DNA of 63,037 nucleotides, the filler included. It is 8 parts of 8 records of this genome, joined end to end, with 100 filler letters (N's around TTAATTAATTAA, not from the genome) between each part and the next. Parts side by side here need not be neighbours in the genome. Positions count along the whole stretch, not along the records: positions 41,988 to 51,170 come from SRR31156797_36717; positions 51,271 to 57,745 come from SRR31156797_36743; positions 57,846 to 63,037 come from SRR31156797_36752; 5 more parts are not named here. One strand, written 5' to 3'. Both the position numbers and the translations under genes were made by a program. A model generated the notes under the pieces. It had not been told where the DNA came from. It did not search any database and saw only the letters and a program-made list of their open reading frames with translations. Shown piece after piece: positions 50,208-60,172 of the stretch (position 1 is its first letter; each line of letters opens with the position of its first letter).

Positions 50208-50861
50208 ATGAAGCAGGGAACCGCAGCCGGAGAAGCTTTCGAGCTTCCCCAAGCCGTTATTTTTGACTGTGACGGAGTCCTGATAGATTCCTGGGACGCA
50301 TCACTGTATTTTTACAACAGCATCAGGGAGCAACTAGGCCTGCCCCCGGCGCCGAAAGAAGACGAAGAATACATTTTCACGGCCACCGTTCAAGAAAGTC
50401 TCGAGCGTCTTATTCCTCCGGAATTGCATTCCAAGGCCTTTGAAATCGCATCCGGATTTTCCATAAGCGAAGTGGCCGAACGCGTCAGGGCCATGCCCGG
50501 CATTATGGATTTCCTGGAATTCCTGTCTCGAAAGGGGATAAGGACAACAGTTAACACCAACAGCGGGCGGGAAGTCCATCAAATTTTAGACGCTGTCGGT
50601 CTATCCGGCCATTTTGAAAAGGTTGTCACATCCGACGATGTCGTCCGTCCAAAGCCCAATCCCGAAGGCGCTCTGAAGATACTGGAATTTCTCGATATAC
50701 ACCCTGCCGAAGTCGTGTACCTGGGCGATTCGTCCGTGGATGAAAAAACGGCCCGCGGCGCGGCCCTGCATTTTTGGGCGTTTAAAAATCCGGAACTGAA
50801 TGCCGACTTTCACGTAAGCTCTTTTCCCGAACTCGTTAAAGCCATGAGCCGTTTCGGCTGA
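50208..50861 (+). CDS. HAD-family hydrolase (phosphoglycolate phosphatase-like)
   Basis: FDCDGVLIDS, NTN, KPNP and LGDSSVD. Confidence 0.92.
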   Translation: MKQGTAAGEAFELPQAVIFDCDGVLIDSWDASLYFYNSIREQLGLPPAPKEDEEYIFTATVQESLERLIPPELHSKAFEIASGFSISEVAERVRAMPGIMDFLEFLSRKGIRTTVNTNSGREVHQILDAVGLSGHFEKVVTSDDVVRPKPNPEGALKILEFLDIHPAEVVYLGDSSVDEKTARGAALHFWAFKNPELNADFHVSSFPELVKAMSRFG

Positions 50862-51146
50862 CATCAGCCGCCAGGATGCACCCAACTCACCCGGCTCAAG
50901 ACGCCTGCGCCCCAAAATCGGCGGATAGCCCCTTGGTTCCATAAACATCTTATGGCTTTACTATTATAATTCGGTCGGTGTATAAAAACTGTTAGCGCCG
51001 TTTTTGAGACAGTTTTGGAATGTTGTCCGAAGAAATTAAAGACGGCCGGAGGATAAAGGAAACGATTTGGATTTTTAACGAGGTCGCTTCGTCGAGTTTT
51101 TATTAAGAACAGAAGACAAGACAAATAAATGAGTATCCAATTAAAT

Positions 51147-51170
51147 TGTTGGGTTACGCTACGCTAACCC
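51147..51170 (-). repeat. Truncated REP-like palindrome at the contig end
   Basis: tgttgggttacgctacgctaaccc: GGGTTA...TAACCC hairpin, resembling GTAGGTTGGGTTAGCG..CGTAACCCAAC REPs. Confidence 0.6.
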
Positions 51171-51270
51171 NNNNNNNNNNNNNNNNNNNNNNNNNNNNNN
51201 NNNNNNNNNNNNNNTTAATTAATTAANNNNNNNNNNNNNNNNNNNNNNNNNNNNNNNNNNNNNNNNNNNN
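51171..51270. other. Artificial contig spacer
   Basis: N44-TTAATTAATTAA-N44. Confidence 0.99.
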
Positions 51271-51271
51271 T

Positions 51272-51934
51272 CACCAATGGAGACAACCTTTAAGTGTAAT
51301 TTCAAGTAGTACCAGTGCATTGAAGCTTGAAAGCCAAATGGGTTTACTTGATAAAAATGAGCTGGAAAAACATACAAATACTATAATAGAGAAAGCTGAA
51401 TATTTATCTCAAACTCTTAACAAATTTAAAGACTGCATTGAAATAGAAGATAAAGAAGAAAAACCAATTTGTATACAAACTAAAGTTGATAATGTTTTAA
51501 GTATTTTAAAACCAACTTTAGAAAATAAAAATATAAAAATAAAAAGAAAATATGAGAAAAAAGAACTTTTTGTTTCTGGCGTAAAAAGTGAATTATTTGA
51601 GATTTTTAATGCAATTATTAATAACTCTTGTGATGCATATGTAAAAAACCCACATATAAATAATAAAACAATAACCATTACAATAAAACAAAAAGACGAT
51701 AAAACAATACTTGTAACAATAAAAGACAATGCAGGTGGAATAAAAGAAGAAATTTTAGACAATGTATTTGATCCTTATTTTACAACAAAACATGAATCAA
51801 TTGGAATTGGTATTAGTTTATATTTAGTATATAAATTAATCACGGAAAAACTAAAAGGAAAAATCACTATAAAAAACAAATCTTCAGGAGTAAAGTTCTT
51901 TATTGAGTTACCATTAATCGAAAAAAAAGCATAA
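51272..51934 (+). CDS. Sensor histidine kinase, C-terminal part (5'-truncated)
   Basis: HQWRQPL H-box (typical of Campylobacterota), NNSCDA, DNAGGI, FDPYFTTK and GIGISLY. Confidence 0.93.
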   Translation, partial: HQWRQPLSVISSSTSALKLESQMGLLDKNELEKHTNTIIEKAEYLSQTLNKFKDCIEIEDKEEKPICIQTKVDNVLSILKPTLENKNIKIKRKYEKKELFVSGVKSELFEIFNAIINNSCDAYVKNPHINNKTITITIKQKDDKTILVTIKDNAGGIKEEILDNVFDPYFTTKHESIGIGISLYLVYKLITEKLKGKITIKNKSSGVKFFIELPLIEKKA

Positions 51935-51970
51935 TCCAAGGATAATAATATAAAATAATGGAACAAACAT

Positions 51971-53329
51971 ATGGAAAACTATGATTTTATAATAATTGGT
52001 GGAGGAAGAGCTGCATCCTTAGCAAGTAAAATTGCTAAAAAGAACAAAAAAGTTGCACTTATAGAAAAAGCTTTATTAGGTGGAACTTGTGCAAATAAAG
52101 GTTGTGTTCCGTCAAAGCTTTTAATTGGTTATGCCGATGTAATAAGAGCTATTCAAGAATCTAAAAAACACTTTATAGAATCAGAAATCAACAAAATAAA
52201 TATTGAAAAAATCTTTGAAAACAACAACAATTTTATCTCAAAGGTAGATGAAAACTATTTATCAAAACTTGATGAAAATGTAAAACTTTTTAGAGCAGAA
52301 GCTTCTTTTGTATCAAATAAAATAATTGAAGTAGATAATCAACAAATAACTGCTGCAACTATCATAATTGCTACAGGAACTAGACCAAAAAAACCACCAT
52401 TTGAAAATGCCTGGACTAGTGATGATATTTTTCCATTAAATAAAATCCCAAAATCAATCACAATTGTTGGAGCGGGTTTCATCGCTTGTGAAATAGCTAA
52501 TGTTTTTGATGCTTTAGGTGTTGAGACAAAAATGATAGTTAGAGGAGATACCCTTTTATCAAATGAAGATGAAGAGGTTTCTAAAACATTTAAAGATGAG
52601 TTTTCAAAAAATATAGATATAAAATTTAACTCAACTGTAAAAGATGCAATTTACGAAGAAAATAGTTTTACTATAACTCTTGAAAAAGATGAAACTGAGC
52701 TAACTTCATATAAAAGTGAAGCTTTACTATATGCTATTGGTAGAGAATCAAATGCTGACCTACTAAAGCTTGAAAATACAAATATTGAACTTGATAAAAG
52801 AGGTTATATAAAAAGAGATAAATATTTTGAAACAACTGAAAAAGGCATTTTTGTTGTGGGTGATGCAGCGGGTAAATATATGCTTCAACACGCAGCAGCA
52901 TATGAAATCAATCATTTATATAAATACCTTCTTGAAGACGAAAAAAGTCCTTTAGAGTTTAAATATATGCCACATGCTGTTTTTACCCATCCTGAAATTG
53001 CAAGTGTGGGATTAACAGAAAAACAAGCAAAAGAGAATAAGCTAGATTTTGTAGTTTCAAAAACACCTTGGCTAGCCAGTGCAAGAGCACAATCTAAAAA
53101 AATAAAATACCCTTTTACTAAATTTATAGTTGATAAAACCAATTATAAAATTCTTGGATGTCATATGATTGGTCCTGAAAGTTCAACTATGATACATCAA
53201 GTCTTAACAGTGATGCACATAAACAATGACATAAGACATCTAAAAGAGATGCTTTATATTCACCCAGCTTTAAGTGAATCACTTTTACCAGCAGCAATAA
53301 ATACAATAAAACTAATTGAAAGTAAATAA
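51971..53329 (+). CDS. Class-I pyridine nucleotide-disulfide oxidoreductase (mycothione reductase/LpdA-like)
   Basis: GGTCANKGCVPSK redox dithiol, ATG, GAGFIACE, GD, PHAVFTHPEIASVG and HPALSE. Confidence 0.9.
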   Translation: MENYDFIIIGGGRAASLASKIAKKNKKVALIEKALLGGTCANKGCVPSKLLIGYADVIRAIQESKKHFIESEINKINIEKIFENNNNFISKVDENYLSKLDENVKLFRAEASFVSNKIIEVDNQQITAATIIIATGTRPKKPPFENAWTSDDIFPLNKIPKSITIVGAGFIACEIANVFDALGVETKMIVRGDTLLSNEDEEVSKTFKDEFSKNIDIKFNSTVKDAIYEENSFTITLEKDETELTSYKSEALLYAIGRESNADLLKLENTNIELDKRGYIKRDKYFETTEKGIFVVGDAAGKYMLQHAAAYEINHLYKYLLEDEKSPLEFKYMPHAVFTHPEIASVGLTEKQAKENKLDFVVSKTPWLASARAQSKKIKYPFTKFIVDKTNYKILGCHMIGPESSTMIHQVLTVMHINNDIRHLKEMLYIHPALSESLLPAAINTIKLIESK

Positions 53330-53332
53330 TAA

Positions 53333-55612
53333 ATGAAAAAAATCCTTCTTATAATTCTAATAATAAAGTACTCTCTATTTGCAAGTGATGAGATATCATT
53401 TGCAAAAGATATTAAGCCTATTCTTGATAACAGATGTGTTGTTTGCCACTCTTGTTATAATTCACCTTGTCAATTAAAACTTAGTTCATTTGAAGGTCTT
53501 ACAAGAGGCGCAACAAAAGAAAAGATATATGAAAACAGAATCAAACCTGCAAACCCTTCAAGACTTTTTATTGATGCAAATTCAAAAGAGCAATGGCAAG
53601 AATTAGGTTTTTATTCAGTACTTAAGAACTATAAAAATACAAATATAATGAAAGAACTTCTAATCCAAAAACAAGAAAAACCTCAAAATATTGGAAGCTA
53701 TTCACCTGAAAAAGATGATTTGACTTGTAGTAAAGATTTGGATGAATTAGATGAATATCTTTCTAAAAATCCTTATCATGGTATGCCTTATGGTTTTCCT
53801 GCTTTAGATAAAAAAGAGCATGAACTACTTATAAAATGGCTAAGTGGTGATATCAAAAATGATACTATCAAAAAGAAAATAGAGTCAAAAAGATTAGTTG
53901 AATTTGAAAACTTCTTAAACACCCAAGATATCAAACACAAAGTTACTGCTAGATATATTTATGAACACCTATTTTTAGCACACATAAAATTTGATGATAG
54001 TGAAAACTTCTATAAACTTGTAAGAACTTATGACAAAGAGGGAAATGATATTTTAAAAAGTAGAGTTCCTTATGAAAAACCAAAAGGTAAAGTTTATTAT
54101 AAATTTATGAAAATCACCTCTACTATAGTTCATAAAACTCATATGGTTTATAAAATTGATGATAAAAAACTTCAAAGATATAAAGAACTTTTTATAAAAC
54201 CAAACTGGAATACCAAACCATATATGCCAAGCTATAAATCTTCTATTGCAGCTAATCCTTTGGAGTCTTTTAAACAAATACCTGCTGAATTAAGATATAG
54301 ATTTATGCTTGATAATGTTCACTACTTTATTATGACTTTTATTAGAGGTCCTGTATGTAAAGGTCAAATTGCACTAAATGTGATAAATGACCATTTTTGG
54401 GTAGCATTTAAAAAACCTCAATTTGATTATACTGTTAAAGATTTAAAATTTTTAAAGAATAACTTTCACAATCTAGCTTTACCAAATGAATATGGAGGTG
54501 ATAGCAAAATATCAAATATAATTGATATATATAAATACAATGAAGACACAATTAATTACTATAAAAACAAAAATCATTTATATAAAAAATATGGAAACAA
54601 TGTATCCTTAGATTCAATTTGGAAGGGAAATCACTTTGGTGAAGAAGATAATGATGCCATTTTAACTATTTATAGACATTTTGATTCTGCTTCTGTACAT
54701 AAAGGAGCGTTAGGGAATCTTCCTAAAACAATGTGGGTTATTGATTATCCTTTACTTGAAAGGCTTTACTACTCTTTAGTTGCAGGTTTTGATGTATATG
54801 GAAACACTCAACATAAACTTTTAGTTAGAAAATATATGGATAGACTAAGAATAGAAGGTGAAAGCAACTTTTTAGAATATCTTCCAAAAGATAAAAGACA
54901 AAAAATATTTAATAGTTGGTATAAAGGTACTTTAGCAAAATATCTTGTGACATATACACCCTCAAACAATGAAGCAAAACTAGATTTATCATATAAATCT
55001 TTTGTTGAAAAACTTCTTGAGCATACAAATATACAAAAAGATAAAATAAATTATATAGAAGAAAAAAATATTAAAGGGGTAAAAGAATATAAAACAAAAG
55101 AGGACATAGAAGATGCTTTAAGGCATGTTGCATTTAACAACAAAATGAAAGATTTTAAAGAGTTTTCAAGTAGCAATTACAATCTTATATTTATGAGATT
55201 TAAACTAAAAGAGAAAGATTTAATCTATACTATGGTTGTAAATAGATGGCACGATAGTGTTGCTTTTTTGTTTAATGAAGAGGAGAGATTAAATATTTCA
55301 AAAGACAGAGTTAATTTTATTGAAGGCTTTGTAGGTTCATATCCAAACTATTTTATTATAGTTGAGCAAAACAATATAAAAGAGTTTTTTGATTTATTGG
55401 AAAAAAATGTTGATGAAAAAAAGCTTTCTAAATTTTTTGTAAATAGAAACAATAAAAACTTTTGGGATGCATATGATTGGTTTCAAAAAAAATTCAATGA
55501 GTCTCAACCCATTGAATCAGGACTTTTTGATTTAAATAGATATTATCAAAAAGGTTTAGATGAAGAGCATGTTTTTACATTTGCAACTAACATTTTAAAA
55601 AGCTTTAAATGA
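53333..55612 (+). CDS. cti: Fatty acid cis/trans isomerase (cytochrome c-type)
   Basis: Signal peptide, RCVVCHSCYNSPCQL heme motif, RYIYEHLFLAH, FIRGPVC.GQ.ALNVI.DHFW, RHFDSASV and DLNRY. Confidence 0.92.
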   Translation: MKKILLIILIIKYSLFASDEISFAKDIKPILDNRCVVCHSCYNSPCQLKLSSFEGLTRGATKEKIYENRIKPANPSRLFIDANSKEQWQELGFYSVLKNYKNTNIMKELLIQKQEKPQNIGSYSPEKDDLTCSKDLDELDEYLSKNPYHGMPYGFPALDKKEHELLIKWLSGDIKNDTIKKKIESKRLVEFENFLNTQDIKHKVTARYIYEHLFLAHIKFDDSENFYKLVRTYDKEGNDILKSRVPYEKPKGKVYYKFMKITSTIVHKTHMVYKIDDKKLQRYKELFIKPNWNTKPYMPSYKSSIAANPLESFKQIPAELRYRFMLDNVHYFIMTFIRGPVCKGQIALNVINDHFWVAFKKPQFDYTVKDLKFLKNNFHNLALPNEYGGDSKISNIIDIYKYNEDTINYYKNKNHLYKKYGNNVSLDSIWKGNHFGEEDNDAILTIYRHFDSASVHKGALGNLPKTMWVIDYPLLERLYYSLVAGFDVYGNTQHKLLVRKYMDRLRIEGESNFLEYLPKDKRQKIFNSWYKGTLAKYLVTYTPSNNEAKLDLSYKSFVEKLLEHTNIQKDKINYIEEKNIKGVKEYKTKEDIEDALRHVAFNNKMKDFKEFSSSNYNLIFMRFKLKEKDLIYTMVVNRWHDSVAFLFNEEERLNISKDRVNFIEGFVGSYPNYFIIVEQNNIKEFFDLLEKNVDEKKLSKFFVNRNNKNFWDAYDWFQKKFNESQPIESGLFDLNRYYQKGLDEEHVFTFATNILKSFK

Positions 55613-56241
55613 TTTTTCATAAAAAAAAGATACTCAGGGTGCCATTGCACACCAAATACTAAATTATCTTTTGTTTTATAAGAGATTGACTGGATAATAT
55701 TATCTTTGTCAATCGCTTCAACTTTAAAGCCTTTGGGGACTGTTTTTACTGCTTGATGATGTAAAGTATTAATTCTAATCTCTTTTTGTTTGGTAAAAAG
55801 GTTTAAGAGTCTTCCTTTTTTCAACCAAATATCTTTCCATGCAAAAGGTGTATATCTATACTCATATCCATCTTTTCTAATATCTTCGTATAAATCTCCA
55901 CCAAAAAACACATTTATAAGCTGATACCCTCTACATATTCCAAATACAGGTTTGTTTTCCCCTATTGCTCTATGTAATAAACGATACTCTAAAACATCTC
56001 TTTCATAATTAATAATATCATCTAAATCACAACTTTCATTTTCTATAAAAGCATTGTATAAATCATCGCCACCACTAATCAATAATCCATCCATTTCAAT
56101 ATTATAATCTGGATTATTTGGTGTAATAATCTTACTTCTTGCCCCTGCTAAAAACAAGGAAAATTTTATAAAAAATCTAGATATAAAACCTTTTTTAGGT
56201 CCTGTTATTACAATAAGTGGTCTGTTATGCACTGATGACAT
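55546..56241 (-). CDS. Gamma-glutamyl-GABA hydrolase family (peptidase C26, class I GATase)
   Basis: GLLISGG, FGICRGYQLIN (Cys), HHQ and VQWHPE. Confidence 0.92.
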   Translation of the reverse strand: MSSVHNRPLIVITGPKKGFISRFFIKFSLFLAGARSKIITPNNPDYNIEMDGLLISGGDDLYNAFIENESCDLDDIINYERDVLEYRLLHRAIGENKPVFGICRGYQLINVFFGGDLYEDIRKDGYEYRYTPFAWKDIWLKKGRLLNLFTKQKEIRINTLHHQAVKTVPKGFKVEAIDKDNIIQSISYKTKDNLVFGVQWHPEYLFFMKNHLKLFKMLVANVKTCSSSKPF

Positions 56242-57227
56242 TGTGCTATCCATTCGTTCTTGTTGAATATTGTATTATCAAGTTGAGAGGTAAAAGACTT
56301 ACTCATTTTTTCAAAAACCTTTTCATTTGAAGCAAGAAGTTCAACAATCACCCATAGTTGTAACTCTTGTGAGATAAACCACCTAAACTGGTCAACTTTA
56401 CTATTTGGTAATCTATAGTGAAAAGTTGGTCTTTTATTGATTTTCTCTTTTGGTAGAGTTTTATTAATAATATCTTCATCCCAAAATGCAATCATTGGTA
56501 ACATATCAAGAACTCTGTTTCTTGTTGGGTTATAATCAAGATAATCTTTTATAAACTGCTCTTTTGTTGGATTATAATCTAAACTAGTAACTAGTTTTAA
56601 ATACTCTTTTGGAAAATTATTTATAAAAGGTGACATTTTTCTTGTAATATCAACTTCACTTTGAGCTTCTATCCAAACTTGAAAAATCAAAAAAGACTTA
56701 AAAAGTTTTAATACATCTTCAATATCTTGACTTGGTGGTTCAATATTTAAGTGAACTCCAAAAGCATATTGAAAAGAATAAGTTGTACCTAAAGCACCAC
56801 TTAATCTAAGTTGTTGCACCAACTGATCAATTTTATTGAAATCCGAAATTGGAATAGGAGGAGTTGCAATCTCAAAAGGTACAAACCTTTTTGAAGTTTT
56901 ATCAACTAAATTATCCAAATCATTTGAGATATTTCCTATGATTGAACCTAGCTTTCCAAAGATATTTTCATCTTGCATCTTTTGTAAAAGTTGCGCATCT
57001 AACTCAAACTTGAAATCTCCATAAGTTGATTTTTTTAAACTTAATTCATATTTTGTTTTTTCTTCTATCTCTCCACCAAAAATCTCTTTTGCAATGTTTG
57101 CACTTTTTTTTAGGTCAAGATTAGAATATTCAATCTCTACACCAATATGGCGTTTTTGGTTATCTTTATTAAAAAATAGGTTTGATAAATATTTTTCTTC
57201 AATAATATTTTTTTGTTCGTAATTCAT
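56208..57227 (-). CDS. Amidoligase_2 family (COOH-NH2 ligase, GCS-like fold)
   Basis: GVEIE, EIATPP, FGVHLN, NPTRNR.LD.LP and RPTFHYRLPN. Confidence 0.85.
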   Translation of the reverse strand: MNYEQKNIIEEKYLSNLFFNKDNQKRHIGVEIEYSNLDLKKSANIAKEIFGGEIEEKTKYELSLKKSTYGDFKFELDAQLLQKMQDENIFGKLGSIIGNISNDLDNLVDKTSKRFVPFEIATPPIPISDFNKIDQLVQQLRLSGALGTTYSFQYAFGVHLNIEPPSQDIEDVLKLFKSFLIFQVWIEAQSEVDITRKMSPFINNFPKEYLKLVTSLDYNPTKEQFIKDYLDYNPTRNRVLDMLPMIAFWDEDIINKTLPKEKINKRPTFHYRLPNSKVDQFRWFISQELQLWVIVELLASNEKVFEKMSKSFTSQLDNTIFNKNEWIAQCHQCITDHLL

Positions 57228-57309
57228 ATATAACCCTTTTTTTAAGATATATATAAATTAACATAGTATTTTGAAAATAAACTTAATTATTTTTTTGAGT
57301 GAATTTATT

Positions 57310-57331
57310 AAAAGGAGCAAGTGCTCCTTTT
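57310..57331 (-). terminator. Terminator after lactate permease
   Basis: aaaaggagca-ag-tgctcctttt with A/T tails. Confidence 0.75.
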
Positions 57332-57336
57332 ATTTT

Positions 57337-57745
57337 TTATCCAACTAGTGGATCTGTTATTCCAAGAACATACATTCCTATAAGACCTAAAATACCAGCT
57401 ATTAAACAATAGTAAAGAGTTGGGATAATAGTTCTTCTTAATGTTTCCCCTTCTTGGTCAAGTAAACCAACTGTTGCACTTGCTGCAACAACATTATGAA
57501 TTGCAATCATATTCCCTGCTGCTGCACCAACTGCTTGAAGAGCAATCATTAATGCAGTTGAAACTGAAAGAGCATCTGCAACTCCAAATTGGAATTGTGA
57601 TAACATCATATTTGAAACAGTATTACTTCCTGCAATAAATGCACCAAGTGCACCAATCATTGGAGCAAATAATGGGTAAATATCACCAACTGCACTTGCA
57701 ACAAAGTTTGCCATTGCAACAGGCATAGAATCAAATCCAGATTCA
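57337..57745 (-). CDS. lctP: L-lactate permease, C-terminal fragment (5'-truncated)
   Basis: FIAGSNTVSNMM...QAVGAAAGNMI..HNVVAASATVGL..EG. Confidence 0.92.
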
Positions 57746-57845
57746 NNNNNNNNNNNNNNNNNNNNNNNNNNNNNNNNNNNNNNNNNNNNTTAATTAATTA
57801 ANNNNNNNNNNNNNNNNNNNNNNNNNNNNNNNNNNNNNNNNNNNN
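57746..57845. other. Artificial contig spacer
   Basis: N44-TTAATTAATTAA-N44. Confidence 0.99.
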
Positions 57846-59519
57846 TTGGCCATCCTTGCGCGACTCGGAGGCCCCGAAGTACACGCCTGTCTCCATGTCG
57901 CGGCGGATGGCCTGATAGCCTCCGAAGCCACCCACGTTGACTTGGATCTTGTGTCCTGCCTTCACCAGTTCGCGGACGGTCTCATAGGGAAATCCCGTTT
58001 CGAGATGGACCGTTCCTCCATCAGTCATCGTGGTACCCGTGGGTTGGGATGAACCAAAGTGGACGATGCGGGGTGCGTCGCCCGCTTCCTGGACGTCCAT
58101 GCCGAAATCGACGATGTTCACGACGATCTGCGCATGGCCCTGCGGCTGCGTCGCTCCGCCCATGACGCCGAAACTCATGATGGGCTGGCCGTCCTTGGTG
58201 ATAAAGGCGGGGATGATCGTATGGAAGGGCCGCTTGTGCGGGGCGTAGGTGTTGAAGTGGCCTTCGGTCAGTGTGAACAACTCGCCACGATCCTGGAAGA
58301 TGAATCCGAGACCGTCGGGGGCCAGGCCAGAGCCCATGCCGCGATAGTTGCTTTGGATCAGCGACACCATGTTGCCGGCCTCGTCTGCGACGGTGAGGTA
58401 GATCGTGTCACCGTCGTTCAGTGCGGGATTACCGGCCTCGTATCGGCTGGCAGCCCGGTGCGGATCGATGAGCTTCCTTCGCTCGGCCGCGTAGGGCTTG
58501 GAGATCAGTTCTTTCGCAGGGATCTCGTTGAAGGCCGGGTCGGCGTAGAATTTGGCTCGGTCCTCGAAGGCGAGTTTCTTGGCCTCGACGAAGCGATGCA
58601 CGTAGTCCCGGCTGCCGAAGCCCATCCCCTTGATATCGTACCCCTCCAGGATGTTCAGGATCTGGAGCGCCGCAATGCCCTGGCCGTTGGGGGGCAGTTC
58701 CCAGACGCGATAGCCCCGGTAATCCGTCGAAACCGGTTCGACCCACTCGGAAGTGTGCTCGGCCATGTCACGATATGACAGGAAACCACCCACCCGTTTC
58801 ATGAAGGTGTCAATAGTGCGGGCGATCTCGCCGCGATAGAAAACATCGCGACCGCCTCGAGCAATTTTTTCCAGTGTGTTGGCCAGATAAGGATTCTCGA
58901 AGACCTCGCCTGCCTGCGGCGCGGGCATGAACGTCTCTGCGAACCCCTCATAGTCTTTCAGGATCGGTACGCTGCTCTGCCAGCCCCGCGCGATCACATC
59001 CGATACGGGAAACCCCTCGCGCGCGTATGTGATGGCGGGCTGGAGAATTGTCGTCATCGGTAGGGTGCCGAAGCGCTGGTGTAGTTCGAACCAGCCATCG
59101 ACACAACCCGGCACGCTGACGGGCAAGGGGCCTCGGGGCGGAATCTGCTGCAACCCCAGATCCTTGAAATGCTGCAACGTTAGCGAGTACGGAGATCGTC
59201 CGCTGGCGTTGAGGCCATAGAGCCTCTTTGTCTTGGCGTCCCAGACGATGGCGAACAGATCGCCCCCGATGCCGTTGCCGGTGGGTTCCATCAGGCCAAG
59301 CGTGGCATTGGCGGCAATGGCCGCATCGACGGCGCTGCCTCCTTGCTTCAAGACATCCAGCGCCACCTGCGTCGCCAGCGGCTGGCTGGTGGCCGCCATG
59401 CCATGTTGGGCGATCACGCGCGACCGGCTGGCAAATGACCTGCCGGTGACACGGTCATACCCGGCCGCGGGCGGCGCCAGCACACATACCAGTAGTAGTA
59501 GAACGGATATTGTCTTCAT
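57846..59519 (-). CDS. ggt: Gamma-glutamyltransferase (3' end clipped)
   Basis: Signal peptide, GGSAVDAAIA, GIGGDLF, ELPPNGQG, GD|TIY autocleavage Thr, GVMGG..QPQ and SESRKDG. Confidence 0.95.
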
Positions 59520-59663
59520 GTCAGCTCCGTATCCATGCGTCCATCACTCGGTTGGCACCGTGTCATCCGGGAGCTGTCCCGGCGTCGCGGAATCGGTCCA
59601 TGTGATGCTACTATCGCGTGAATTATCGGGCAAAGCAAGAAGGAAGATCGATTGCGTGGTCCC

Positions 59664-59882
59664 TCACTCTGATTGGGGGTCCAGCTCCATTGGTACGCAG
59701 AGGTTTCTGCGATCGCGAGCGTGTCGCCCGCAGTGGTCGCAGCGGAAGCGGGGCTCGTCGATGAGGGCCTCGTACGCCAGCGCGTCCGACAGGTGCAGGC
59801 CCTGGGATACGATGTAACACAGATGCTCCTCATGCAGATCGGCGTCACAAAGAATCTCAAGTCGTATTTTCGTATCCATCAT
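59664..59882 (-). CDS. Small Cys/His-rich putative metal-binding protein
   Basis: GGAGGTG RBS; H..HLC...C..CGR.A....NLC.P pattern. Confidence 0.75.
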   Translation of the reverse strand: MMDTKIRLEILCDADLHEEHLCYIVSQGLHLSDALAYEALIDEPRFRCDHCGRHARDRRNLCVPMELDPQSE

Positions 59883-60172
59883 CGTTGTACACCTCCAGTC
59901 GCGTACCGATTGTTGCTGTAGGCCTGGATACGCCGGTCTGGGGCCCGTGTTCTGACCTTGTTCTGAGAAACAAGAAGTAATTCTCAGTCTGGCGGTCCCC
60001 GAGTCCCGTGTGCCTCATCGAGCGGCATCACATCGGTTGCCCGGGACATGGTGCGGGTGTCTCCCGGGTCATGATCGCGGATAGATTTCCCGACTTTTCC
60101 TTGAACCTGCCGGCCGTAGCGTCATCCTTTATAGATGGAAGACAGGATCTTGTCTTGTGTCGAAGGGTGCGG

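Noticed and set aside
24358..51170. Selenocysteine TGA recoding in the deltaproteobacterial genes
   Set aside because: No ORF is interrupted by TGA at a catalytic Cys position. The Mo-enzyme and YeeE motifs have ordinary Cys codons.
55546..59519. Amidoligase/C26 plus ggt as one gamma-glutamyl pathway
   Set aside because: ggt is on a different contig with very different GC content, so the proximity is an artefact.
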